The notes under the pieces are model-generated. The model saw only the letters and a program-made list of their open reading frames with translations. It ran no database searches and was not told the origin of the DNA. This document shows positions 1 to 9,023 of a DNA stretch of 44,278 nucleotides, one piece after another; within the stretch, counting starts at the first letter, position 1, and each line of letters starts with the position of its first letter. Source of the DNA: a virus; the UHGV virus genome UHGV-0261880. The stretch is one strand, 5' to 3'. A program made the translations under genes and the position numbers.

Positions 1-2331
1 ATTATGCCTTGCTTCGTTGCCGAATGAAAACTCAGTTTTTAGCGCACTATTCCCCGTGTAGATTGCTTCTTCCGGTGCGGATAGCATAATCACCTCGCGG
101 TCGTGGCTTCCTTTGATAACAGAGATACTCTGCACAGAGCCGTCGCGCTTCTTGAGGATGATGGAGTGGTCATCGCCGGGGGTAAACGTAACCGGCTGTG
201 ACAGTGTCAGCGTAAGCCCATTAACGGCAACAACATAGCCATCCTGCGGCGCGATACGCGAGCCTTTGACCACACTGATTACGCCTCCCGGTGTAGCGAG
301 TGCCCCCTCTTCCGTAGCTTCGAACTCTACGACAACTTTACTTAATGCATTGCGCTGATAGCGACGCCACGCCAGCCAATATGCCTGTTGGTAGTTGCGC
401 ACGCCTTTTGACTCGTATTCCTCAGTGTTTGCGCCGAGTTCTTCCGGGATATAAATCGTTTCCTGTACGTTCGTATCCGGGTCGATGTACGAGAACGACA
501 GGCTATCGTAGGTTGTCGAATCGTTGAATGTGCGCGTCCATTTCTCCGTACCGGTAGTTTTACTGCGGTGGGTGAACACCATCTCAGGCCCAGCAACCGG
601 ACGGTCGAATCGCAGCATAATATCCGCGCCTTTACGATATGCGGTACAGAACACGGCTTCCGCTATAGTCTGAACGATGTCCTGCATCGTGGTGTCGTAG
701 TCGTCGAACGTGTAGCAGAACTGCCCTGCTAACTCGCTACCGAAATAGGACTCAATTTCTTCCTGCACGGCAAGCAACTTATCCATGTTTGCCGTTGTCA
801 GTTCCAGATTACCTACTGCAGGGTCACGAGCCAGTCGGATTAGCGATTGTACGGCTTGCGTGTTCGGGGTCATTACTGTATCGAATACCCCATTGCCTAG
901 ATATTTGTAGCACATCTCGGTTGCAATCATGCGCAGTTCCGGGTTGTCAATACTGGCGGCACGCGGTGTCTGTTTACGGGCGCAATGTACGGTAGTTCGG
1001 TTGCCGTAATGCGGGGTTGTGTCCAGAGACTGCCCGTACAGGTTGATGAATGTTATCTCATCACTTACGGTCCCGTCGTAACCCTTATCGAAATTCGTTA
1101 TACGGCGCATACGGGCGCGGAAACGAGATGCAGTAGGCAACTGCCCATAAATAGACGTGCCGACGTAGTCAGTATTATTGCCGGTAATTGTTGCCCGTAC
1201 CGTGTAGATATCGCTCAACGGGTTACGCCGAGAATCAATCATCTGGTACTGGAGTTCCACCGTTACGCTGGTGCGGTTATAACCGCCGTCGTATTTGTAG
1301 AGGCCGTTCTGCCCTGCGACGTTAACGAGCACCCGGTCAACTTCTCCGCGAACCATGTAATACCAGTCGGTAAGGGATACGTCATAGGTGTTGCTAGGGC
1401 CGATGAACGTATCTGAACGCTCTGTCAGGGCGTAAGTCTGCCCACTATTAAGATTGCCCCAGTTACCTATATTCCCGACGTACAACTGAACTTCGAAGTC
1501 GTCGACATATAAAACCTCAAACGAGCCGTTCAGGTTAGTGACGTCCTTAACGTCAAAATTGCTCAACACTGCGACGTCACCAACACTAAGAAACTCAGAA
1601 AAAGCCGAGTCACCAGACGGGTCATAGAGGTAGCCGGTGGTCGAAATACGTTTGGCGGTCCCACCGGCGCTTGGGTTAGCCCCAATGTCGTTTGGCGCTT
1701 TGAGCACAATACCGTCAACGTCGTCATTGGAGTACGTCACATAGAGCTTCTGGTCAATGACGTCGCCGATTTGTAGTTGTGGCGATGTGGTGTTGTTCGG
1801 TGACGTATACGGCGCATACACGGCAACAGAGGAACCAGTGATATCGCTTATCAGGGTGTCGCCTTCTGTGACACCATTTGCCTCAATATGCAGATGCCCG
1901 CGCCCCGCGTCATAGTACGAATACTCCAGCAAAGCACCAGTGGAGTTGAACGCCTTGTACGTCTGCATCAGGTCATTAGGGATTGTCTGTACAGTCCCAC
2001 AGATGTCATATGAGCGCTCGTAAGGGCGAGGCTTGTTGGATCGGTCTGTGAGGCTATTATTCGGCGACGTTGTCTGGTAGTTAGTCGCCGTGTAGTTGGC
2101 ATTAGGTGTCTTGTTAAGGCCAAATAACTTGGCAATTGGCTTAAGGATAAAACCGAATACACTCCCGATAGCTTTGCCAATGCCACCACCTGACCCCTCA
2201 ATAATGTGGTACACAGCGTCTTCGTCTTTAAGCGCTTCGAAGTCGTCTGTAACATCAGTATCATCGCCGATCTCGCCGAGATAGACGCGCACAGGTACAC
2301 CGTCAGGAATACGGTTAACAACAAACTCCAT
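1..2331 (-). CDS. Tail tip / host-specificity fibre protein (J-like), N-terminal part; 3' end lies beyond the left window edge
   Basis: Minus-strand frame opens at ATG ~2331 (alternative TTG ~2403 preceded by GGAGA) and translates MEFVVNRIPDGVPVRVYLGEIGDD... with no stop for at least ~270 codons; absent from ORF track because its stop is outside the window; sits directly downstream of the K-like gene. Continuity to position 1 was not fully verified. Confidence 0.5.
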   Translation of the reverse strand, partial: MEFVVNRIPDGVPVRVYLGEIGDDTDVTDDFEALKDEDAVYHIIEGSGGGIGKAIGSVFGFILKPIAKLFGLNKTPNANYTATNYQTTSPNNSLTDRSNKPRPYERSYDICGTVQTIPNDLMQTYKAFNSTGALLEYSYYDAGRGHLHIEANGVTEGDTLISDITGSSVAVYAPYTSPNNTTSPQLQIGDVIDQKLYVTYSNDDVDGIVLKAPNDIGANPSAGGTAKRISTTGYLYDPSGDSAFSEFLSVGDVAVLSNFDVKDVTNLNGSFEVLYVDDFEVQLYVGNIGNWGNLNSGQTYALTERSDTFIGPSNTYDVSLTDWYYMVRGEVDRVLVNVAGQNGLYKYDGGYNRTSVTVELQYQMIDSRRNPLSDIYTVRATITGNNTDYVGTSIYGQLPTASRFRARMRRITNFDKGYDGTVSDEITFINLYGQSLDTTPHYGNRTTVHCARKQTPRAASIDNPELRMIATEMCYKYLGNGVFDTVMTPNTQAVQSLIRLARDPAVGNLELTTANMDKLLAVQEEIESYFGSELAGQFCYTFDDYDTTMQDIVQTIAEAVFCTAYRKGADIMLRFDRPVAGPEMVFTHRSKTTGTEKWTRTFNDSTTYDSLSFSYIDPDTNVQETIYIPEELGANTEEYESKGVRNYQQAYWLAWRRYQRNALSKVVVEFEATEEGALATPGGVISVVKGSRIAPQDGYVVAVNGLTLTLSQPVTFTPGDDHSIILKKRDGSVQSISVIKGSHDREVIMLSAPEEAIYTGNSALKTEFSFGNEARHN

Positions 2332-2393
2332 CGGCGTCCCGACGTGTTTTGTACGGTCGAAAGCGCCGTCGGCGTTTCGCGTGTAGTGCAGGA

Positions 2394-2759
2394 TTATCGC
2401 CAAAATTCAATCTCCGTGTACGTGTCTCTGAGGTCCGCCAGCCTGTCAAGCCGTACCTGACGTGACGCAAGCTCGCAATGGCTGACCATCCCGTCGAAGT
2501 AGACTCCTGCGTGCCACACGATACGACCGCCACGGCGATACCCCATAAGCACCGCGCAGAAGTTTTCAGGCTTATCAATTTTCGTAAGCCCCTTCGTGTC
2601 CCGGCGGCCTTCGTCAAACGCTTCGTTAATCGCCGTTGGGCTTGTAACGTCGAACGCCGGTGTTTCTAACCCGGCATCCGCCCGCACAATTCGCACATGA
2701 TGCCAGCAATTGCGCTTGCGAAAGTCGTAAGGTATGCCCGTGTAGTCGTTAATGTTCAT
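2394..2759 (-). CDS. Tail assembly protein, NlpC/P60-type peptidase (lambda K-like)
   Basis: 121 aa; Cys in NCWHH and downstream His in WHAGVY resemble the NlpC/P60 Cys-His pair; position between minor tail proteins and J-like gene. Confidence 0.55.
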   Translation of the reverse strand: MNINDYTGIPYDFRKRNCWHHVRIVRADAGLETPAFDVTSPTAINEAFDEGRRDTKGLTKIDKPENFCAVLMGYRRGGRIVWHAGVYFDGMVSHCELASRQVRLDRLADLRDTYTEIEFWR

Positions 2760-3286
2760 GTGGTCAACAGGCCGCGTAATAACGGTATCTCTTTAGGTGT
2801 CATCAGTATACCAGTGCTTCGTTGGTGCAGCATAGGTGTACCAACATCTGCGGAGAACTCGCCTTTCTCCTGGTTGATAGCCTGCAACTCGTACACGACC
2901 GGGCCGTCAGCCGGATAAGACAGGTCGGTGCTGACGTAACGGCGGAAGACGAACTTAGGCAACTCAGTATTGCTCATCGGGATTTTATCCATCTCATCAT
3001 CCAGTTGATTGAGGATATCCGGTAAAGTAAACGTCGTAGTCTGGTCCATATCACTGTTGTTAGCCGCTCCCGACGCCTCCATCGGGGTTGGCTCGAATGT
3101 TATTGCTTCGCCCGTCTCCAGTGTTGCTGTAAGTTCCTGCAGCCCGCGAACAAGATAGTACGTCTTTGACAGCAACGGGTGGCTGATTTGCAACGTGATG
3201 TAGTCCATCTCGCCGTCGGGGTTTGAGGCCAGTTTACGGCGATAGGCGGCTTCTACTGATTCCTGGCTCATTGCATCGGGTCCCAA
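2756..3286 (-). CDS. Minor tail protein (L-like position)
   Basis: 176 aa ORF overlapping its neighbours by a few nt in the tail module downstream of the tape measure; call by synteny only. Confidence 0.45.
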   Translation of the reverse strand: MGPDAMSQESVEAAYRRKLASNPDGEMDYITLQISHPLLSKTYYLVRGLQELTATLETGEAITFEPTPMEASGAANNSDMDQTTTFTLPDILNQLDDEMDKIPMSNTELPKFVFRRYVSTDLSYPADGPVVYELQAINQEKGEFSADVGTPMLHQRSTGILMTPKEIPLLRGLLTT

Positions 3287-3768
3287 ATTCGTGGAAACGT
3301 TGATTGCGCGGTTCCGTAGGCTTTAAGGAAACACCCCAGCCCGTCACCATAGCAACCATACAAATCGGGCAGATTGTTAACAAGGCACTGATTCTCGAGG
3401 TCCTGGAACGGCGATTTCTCAGCGGTTGCCGTGAAAGTAATTGTCCAGTTAATGCCATCTTCTGTGGACTCTGCGATGGTTGACGTGATAGTTACCTGAT
3501 AATCCTGTATGCCCATGCCGAAGTCGTGCGCCATCCAGAAACTTGACGCACCACCATCGACTTTCTCAAGGAACGACAGAAACGCCTGTCGTCCAAGCGC
3601 TGAGGTAATCAGGGTTACACTTATCGGGAACACGTCGTAATACGTGTCACGGCCCTGACGCACCCCGCCACCTGCTAAATCAACGCTCCAGACGTTGTTG
3701 CGTCTGGTCATTGAGTAGCCTTTCGATACCACCGGCTTAAGTCTACGTGGGAAATATAAGTCGCTCAT
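3268..3768 (-). CDS. Minor tail protein (M-like position)
   Basis: 166 aa ORF immediately downstream of tape measure (start abuts the tape-measure stop); call by synteny. Confidence 0.45.
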   Translation of the reverse strand: MSDLYFPRRLKPVVSKGYSMTRRNNVWSVDLAGGGVRQGRDTYYDVFPISVTLITSALGRQAFLSFLEKVDGGASSFWMAHDFGMGIQDYQVTITSTIAESTEDGINWTITFTATAEKSPFQDLENQCLVNNLPDLYGCYGDGLGCFLKAYGTAQSTFPRIWDPMQ

Positions 3769-6095
3769 TACTTGAACCCCGGCGCGTTTCTTGTGGCCTT
3801 GCGGGCCTTGCTAATCTTGCTGTTGCTGTTCTGCAAAGATGCGGCAACTTGCTCCTCGATGATAATACGCAGACGGCCTTCATCATCTTGCTCAGTGGAT
3901 ACGTTGCCGATTTGAGAACTCGTGTTGTTTACGATAGTAACATTAGATGGCCCGGAAGAAGACCCGTTTTGCCCCATAATTTCTTTCATCTGCTGTGCGG
4001 TGCGAACACGCGACGCACCAGCTGGCATGATAACTTCTGGTTTACCACGTTCTGCGATGGTGGAAGCCTGCCCAGCGGACAACTGACCGCCCTGCTCACG
4101 CGCCGAGCGGATTTTGGCGATATTAGCCAGCCCCGCGGCAACGGCAGTAGCCGCGGCAACCGGCGCCAGGAATGGGCCGACAACAGGGATGGCAGCCGTT
4201 GACTTATATGCCTCGATAGCTGATGTGTACGTGGCGATAGTTGCCTGCGCAATAGCAAACGCTTTATACGCGGTGGACGCCTCGCCAAATGCGGTTTTGG
4301 CATTAGCCGCCATGTCTCCGAAGGCATCTCCGGTGGCTTTGGCGCGCTTCATTGAATACTGCTCATCCAGGGCTAGGAGCGCCATCTGGTACTGTTCGGC
4401 GTTAATTATGCCGTCTGCCATGTATTTTGAGATGATATTCGCTTTTTGGGACTGTTGTATTTCCAGAAGCTCAAGCTCAGTAGCGTTCTGGCCCATAATC
4501 TGCGCCATGAAGTCGTCGCCTTTCTGCTGCTTTTCCTGGGCTTCTTTTCTTTTCTTATCCAGTTCTTCCTGTCGGGCCTGCTCGGCGGTGAGCATAATCT
4601 GCGTTTTGGCGTTTTCGTACTGCTGCTGGCTTATAGTTCCAGCGCGGTTGAACTCTTCAAGTTTCGCCAGTTTCTGCTCTTCTGCCGCTGTAATACGTGA
4701 AATTTCGTCTCCAGTTGTGCGGTCGACAGTAGCGAGGAAATCTTCCGCCGCTTTTTTCTGACGTTGTGCCGCCGTTTCTTCGCGTTTGGCTTGTGCCGCC
4801 AGGCGTTTCTCGTTCGATTTAGCCTCTCGGTCTGCCTTCGCTTTTTCGGTCGCGTCGATGCGAGCGATGTCCTGCTGCGCTTCCGTATCACGGGCGGCGT
4901 TATACGCGGCTATCTGTTCTTTGGTGACAGCTTCACGTTTAGCAAACGCCTGCTTATCCAGTTCAGCTTGCGCCCGGATGCGCTCACGGTCGCTTAAGAT
5001 GGCGATTTGCTGATTCTTGACGATAGCTTCGTTCTGTTCCTGGAACCTCTGCGTGGTTGAGTTAACGTTACGGCCGAGATTCTTTTGGGCCTCCGCCGCC
5101 GCGTTTGCCGACTTCTCCGCGTTCTCCAGTGCCGTGGCGTTCTTGTTGGCGTTGTCCGTCAGGCGGATAAGTTCCGGGTTCAACTGTTTTGTGTTACCGA
5201 GCCAGTCGGTAAACACATCGGCGATGCGACGGGCATTCTCGGCGGTTGGCTCTTTGTTAAACGCGCTCTGCGCCGCTATCATCTCCAGCGCCTGGTCACG
5301 GTTAACCCCGAACTTACTGCTAAGCTCTGCGATATTCTGCGCCAGCATGTTGACGCCTACGATGTTACCCTCGTAAGTGCCGCCGAGTTTTTCTAATGTG
5401 TCGCCTACATCCGCACCCTTAGAGACCAGTGCATCGTACTGGCTGATCGCCGACGCCGTGGAGGCTTTCCACGTTTCCCACGATTCAGCATCTTCACGAA
5501 CAGCTTTAGCGGTTTGCTGCGCGATAAGGTCCGCGTTAGCCTTAGCCAGGGCGAGTTGCGTTTCCGCGGCTTCGCGGCTAATTTGCGTAAGTTGAATAAG
5601 ACCGTCTGTCAGTTCGAGGGAGCCAGATGCCGTTTGCTGGAAAGTATCCTTTAACTGTTTCTGCGCGGCTTCGAGGTCTTTTGAACTACCTTCTGCTTCG
5701 GTTAGCGATTTGTACAGGACCCCGCCAACAGCCGACGCAAGAGCAATTACAGCCCCAAGCACCGCACCACCGGGGCCGAAAGCACCCGCAAGCTGCGAAC
5801 CTTGTTGCCCGATTGCTACGAATGCAGACGTACCGGATTGCAACTGGACTACCATGTCCTGCACCTGGAAGCCAACCTGCCCGGCAGCGTTACGGAACTT
5901 GGCAAAACCGTCGGACGCTGCTTTAGAGGTAGCGGAGTTTACTTTATTAACATCAGGCGTTAGTTTGTTTACTGCGGTATCCGCACGGTCTGCAGACGAT
6001 GCCATAGCGTCAAGCTGTTTGGCAGCTACGTCGGCACCTTCTGTTTTTACTCTGGCAATTAGGGAAGCCGTATCAGCCATCTTCTCTGCCCTCAA
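3768..6095 (-). CDS. Tail tape measure protein
   Basis: 775 aa, long Ala/Gln/Glu/Lys-rich coiled-coil-like middle, hydrophobic Gly/Ala-rich segments, position after G/T chaperones. Confidence 0.85.
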   Translation of the reverse strand: MRAEKMADTASLIARVKTEGADVAAKQLDAMASSADRADTAVNKLTPDVNKVNSATSKAASDGFAKFRNAAGQVGFQVQDMVVQLQSGTSAFVAIGQQGSQLAGAFGPGGAVLGAVIALASAVGGVLYKSLTEAEGSSKDLEAAQKQLKDTFQQTASGSLELTDGLIQLTQISREAAETQLALAKANADLIAQQTAKAVREDAESWETWKASTASAISQYDALVSKGADVGDTLEKLGGTYEGNIVGVNMLAQNIAELSSKFGVNRDQALEMIAAQSAFNKEPTAENARRIADVFTDWLGNTKQLNPELIRLTDNANKNATALENAEKSANAAAEAQKNLGRNVNSTTQRFQEQNEAIVKNQQIAILSDRERIRAQAELDKQAFAKREAVTKEQIAAYNAARDTEAQQDIARIDATEKAKADREAKSNEKRLAAQAKREETAAQRQKKAAEDFLATVDRTTGDEISRITAAEEQKLAKLEEFNRAGTISQQQYENAKTQIMLTAEQARQEELDKKRKEAQEKQQKGDDFMAQIMGQNATELELLEIQQSQKANIISKYMADGIINAEQYQMALLALDEQYSMKRAKATGDAFGDMAANAKTAFGEASTAYKAFAIAQATIATYTSAIEAYKSTAAIPVVGPFLAPVAAATAVAAGLANIAKIRSAREQGGQLSAGQASTIAERGKPEVIMPAGASRVRTAQQMKEIMGQNGSSSGPSNVTIVNNTSSQIGNVSTEQDDEGRLRIIIEEQVAASLQNSNSKISKARKATRNAPGFK

Positions 6096-6345
6096 ATATT
6101 CCGTCTAAGCCCATGATAACCTCGGCTTCGAACAAACTTATGCCGTAACCGGCGACATCACGAAACGCTACCAAATCTTGCCATTTGAGCGCATCGCGCG
6201 GGATTATAACGATAGTATCATCTGTTTCGCGCTGTAGGAATTTAATGGCACGGTATTTCTCGAACACGTCGATAAGAGAAACGGGGCATTCTGGCCCCGT
6301 CGTTTCTTTCATCTGCGGTTCTTTAATCACGCCCATTGCAATCAA
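6073..6345 (-). CDS. Tail assembly chaperone, frameshift-extension segment (T-like)
   Basis: Track ORF starts at a TTG; the same frame is open upstream across the stop of the 6435..6851 gene and is -1 relative to it. Confidence 0.45.
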   Translation of the reverse strand: MIAMGVIKEPQMKETTGPECPVSLIDVFEKYRAIKFLQRETDDTIVIIPRDALKWQDLVAFRDVAGYGISLFEAEVIMGLDGIFEGREDG

Positions 6346-6434
6346 AGCCGCCTGGTGGCCTGCCGCGATGTCGTCGAATTGCTTACGTTTCTGGCGGTCG
6401 ACAAAGCACCATTGCGCAAATTCATACAGCGCTT

Positions 6435-6851
6435 TTACTTTTCCGAGAGTTTCTCGCGGCTATCGGTGTGGTGTTTAACTACGGCTTCTGCCAGTCCGCT
6501 GTACTGGTCTAACAGGTTAGCCAGCGCCTCTTTGCTGAACGGTTCATCAAATGACCAACCGGTGACGATTTCCACAGCAAGCTGCTTGTTCAGGTCCATC
6601 ACCCGCCAGCCCTTCTCATCGTTATAGCGCGCCCAGTTATTCAGCGCCTCGCACTCTTTATCTAATGGCGCAAGTTCTTCCGTAAGGCGTCGAATTGCCG
6701 TTGTGTAGGCGCGGCCCGCACGAACGCCAGCATCACAGTCCGGGCCAATGACCTGCAACCATTCGCCGGAGTCTTTACCACTCGGCAGAAGGATAGGCAT
6801 TTTAGTACCGGCGGCGTGGCGGTCGGCAAAATAGAAATCAGAAAGTTTCAT
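6435..6851 (-). CDS. Tail assembly chaperone (G-like)
   Basis: 138 aa, immediately upstream of tape measure and followed by an overlapping -1 frame ORF, the conserved G/GT arrangement. Confidence 0.55.
   Translation of the reverse strand: MKLSDFYFADRHAAGTKMPILLPSGKDSGEWLQVIGPDCDAGVRAGRAYTTAIRRLTEELAPLDKECEALNNWARYNDEKGWRVMDLNKQLAVEIVTGWSFDEPFSKEALANLLDQYSGLAEAVVKHHTDSREKLSEK
6436..6446 (-). other. Candidate -1 programmed ribosomal frameshift site (CGGAAAAG) at the 3' end of the G-like chaperone gene
   Basis: Zero frame reads ...CTC TCG GAA AAG TAA; -1 frame reads ...GGA AAA GTA AAA... and stays open into the 6073..6345 ORF; heptamer resembles but is not identical to lambda G GGA AAG. Confidence 0.4.
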
Positions 6852-6958
6852 TCTTTAATCCTTTGGTTAAGAGGTTACTGGTTAAGGTTGACGCGCCAGA
6901 CGGGAACCACCCGCTTTTCGTGTGCGACACTAGGCGCAAACTTATTCTAGCACACTAC

Positions 6959-6987
6959 TTGCACACCCCAATATAATAGGGTACTAT
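6959..6987 (+). promoter_or_regulatory. Sigma70-like promoter TTGCAC-N17-TACTAT with embedded palindrome AATAG-ggta-CTATT
   Basis: TTGCACaccccaatataatagggTACTATtca about 30 nt upstream of the 7016 start; near-identical copies at 16871 (+), 29274 (-), 28141 (-). Confidence 0.5.
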
Positions 6988-7015
6988 TCACCCGTAACTT
7001 ATTGAGGAAATAATT

Positions 7016-7342
7016 ATGCGTAAATCAGTATTAGCTCTAGGGTTTATGTCTTTTTCTACCTTTGGGTCCCCGTGCGAACAGGTATTTAGTGAATCTGTTC
7101 TTATTACCTCTGGTGTACTTGAGAAAGCCGACCCTACTATTGTAAAGGCGTTTAAGGACTCTACTGTTCGCGAGTGTGAGGCTGCCGTAGAGGTTGGTAA
7201 ATCGGGCCTGCCTCCGCAAGCCGTAACATACTCTGTAATACGTTCGGTAGAGAAAAACGGAGACGCGTTTTACAGCCTACTGACAGCCACCCGTCTGCAA
7301 ATGGTAATGACTGGATGGGCAATAGGCGCAGAAAGTAAATAG
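7016..7342 (+). CDS. Small secreted/periplasmic protein (signal peptide), opposite-strand insertion in tail module
   Basis: 108 aa; N-terminus MRKSVLALGFMSFSTFGSPCEQ is a signal peptide; own promoter; encoded antisense to the surrounding tail genes. Confidence 0.6.
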   Translation: MRKSVLALGFMSFSTFGSPCEQVFSESVLITSGVLEKADPTIVKAFKDSTVRECEAAVEVGKSGLPPQAVTYSVIRSVEKNGDAFYSLLTATRLQMVMTGWAIGAESK

Positions 7343-7407
7343 TCGCCTTTATTTAAGGGAATTCACTGTGGTTAAATAGGACAAATCTTAAACACGAGGA
7401 AGTAAGC

Positions 7408-8538
7408 ATGGCCAGGAAGAAAATAACTGACGAACAGTTGCAGGAAGAATTGAACGCCGGGATGAAGAACGTAGACATCGCCCGTAAATACGGCATCTCA
7501 GACCGCGTTATTCGTATCCGTAAAGCGAAGCTGGCTAAAAAAGGCGTAGGTCACGGGCGTGACGTTAGTTACCTTGTGCCAGATGGCTACAAGATTAAAG
7601 GAACGTCGTCACTTGTGGATGAGTTCGGCAACACTAAGTTGCAATGGGTTAAGACAGACACCGACGCCGAACGTCAGGTCGAGTTGATGAACGCCGTAAT
7701 CGAAGGCATGAAGTCAGAGATTACCCCCGTTGCGCCTGTTAAAGCCGCCCGCGCTAAACGAGACGATAAACTACTCAATCTTTACACGGTATCTGATTTC
7801 CATCTCGGCATGCTGGCATGGGCCGACGAGAGCGGCGACGACTGGGACATGAAAATCGCGGAAGACCTGTTTTCTCGCTGGTTCGACGCGGCGTTTCAGA
7901 AAGCACCGGATGCAGGAACAGGGGTTATTAATCTGCTTGGCGACCTCGCTCACTTCGATAGCCTGGACGCCGTTACACCGGCAAGCGGTCATGTTCTTGA
8001 CGCAGACACGCGCTATCAGAAACTTGTCCGCTACATGATTCGCATGGTCCGCCGTGTTGTCGATATGGCGCTGGTTAAGCATAAAAATGTTCGCTTGCTT
8101 ATCGTACAAGGGAACCACGACGAGAGTGGCATGATTTGGTTGGCTGAGATGTTCAGTACGCTGTATGACAATGAGCCGCGTGTGTTCGTCGATACGTCGC
8201 CGGATGTTTACAAGATGGTCCAGCACGGCAAAACGACGCTGTTCTTTACGCACGGGCATAAATGCCGGTTTGAGGTGGTCGAACCCATTATGATAGCTAA
8301 GTTCAGAAAAGCATTTGGCGAAAGCGAGTACAGTTACGCACATGTCGGGCATCTCCACCATCAAAAGATTGTAGAAAGTAGGAATATGGTAGTGGAACAA
8401 CATCGCACTCTCGCGGCGAAAGATGCATATGCTTCCCGCGGTGGGTGGATGTCTGGCCGTAGTGCAAATGTAATTACTTATAGCGCCGAATATGGCGAAG
8501 TCGCACGTTTAACTATTTCACCGGAGATGCTGGGATGA
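7408..8538 (+). CDS. Calcineurin-like metallophosphoesterase with N-terminal HTH-like domain (SbcD/Mre11-like or phosphatase)
   Basis: 376 aa; motifs SDFHLG, GDLAHFD, GNHDE, HGH, GHLHH match the metallophosphoesterase signature; N-terminal ~50 aa DIARKYGISDRVIRIRK looks like HTH. Confidence 0.75.
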   Translation: MARKKITDEQLQEELNAGMKNVDIARKYGISDRVIRIRKAKLAKKGVGHGRDVSYLVPDGYKIKGTSSLVDEFGNTKLQWVKTDTDAERQVELMNAVIEGMKSEITPVAPVKAARAKRDDKLLNLYTVSDFHLGMLAWADESGDDWDMKIAEDLFSRWFDAAFQKAPDAGTGVINLLGDLAHFDSLDAVTPASGHVLDADTRYQKLVRYMIRMVRRVVDMALVKHKNVRLLIVQGNHDESGMIWLAEMFSTLYDNEPRVFVDTSPDVYKMVQHGKTTLFFTHGHKCRFEVVEPIMIAKFRKAFGESEYSYAHVGHLHHQKIVESRNMVVEQHRTLAAKDAYASRGGWMSGRSANVITYSAEYGEVARLTISPEMLG

Positions 8539-9023
8539 AAGATATTGTGATTTTCGATTTAGACGGGACATTAGCTGATGGTACACACCGTTTACACCTG
8601 CTGCCGAAAGATAACTACAACGAAACATGGGCGTGGAAGCCTTTTAACATGGCCTGTAAAGATGATGCGCCGATATATGACAACATTCACTTGTGCAACA
8701 CGCTGTGGCATACCGGGATGACCGTAATTATCCTTACCGGGCGCAGTGATGATGCCGAGGGTGAGACTCGTAAATGGTTGCGAGAAAATAACGTTAAGTT
8801 TGACACGCTGATAATGCGCAGCAAACACGACAACAGAAAAGACATCGTAATTAAAGAAGAGGTGTTGCTCGCCATCGGGCTGGAGAGAATCTTGTGTGCG
8901 TTCGATGACTCGCCAGCGGTAATTAAGCATTTCCGCGCCCTCGGTCTGACCACACACGCGGTTACTGAATACGACTGTAACGGGAACTCTACACACTTAA
9001 AATCACACGGGAGCGATAAATAA
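8535..9023 (+). CDS. HAD-superfamily phosphatase, resembling the 3'-phosphatase domain of T4 polynucleotide kinase
   Basis: 162 aa; N-terminal nucleophile motif IFDLDGTLA; ILTGRSD, TRKWL and RKDIVIKEEV segments align by eye with my recollection of T4 Pnk C-terminal domain; start overlaps upstream stop. Confidence 0.7.
   Translation: MKDIVIFDLDGTLADGTHRLHLLPKDNYNETWAWKPFNMACKDDAPIYDNIHLCNTLWHTGMTVIILTGRSDDAEGETRKWLRENNVKFDTLIMRSKHDNRKDIVIKEEVLLAIGLERILCAFDDSPAVIKHFRALGLTTHAVTEYDCNGNSTHLKSHGSDK

Noticed and set aside
1968-2617. Minus-strand track ORFs 1968..2324 and 2315..2617
   Set aside because: Out of frame with, and overlapping, the K-like gene and the long J-like reading frame; translations are low-complexity.
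4114-5595. Several plus-strand ORFs of 70-215 aa (4114..4761, 4764..4997, 5017..5376, 5377..5595) inside the tape-measure gene
   Set aside because: They lie antisense to a high-confidence 775-aa gene, have low-complexity Ala/Ser/Cys-rich translations, no RBS and no coupling; typical shadow ORFs of a GC-biased repetitive gene.
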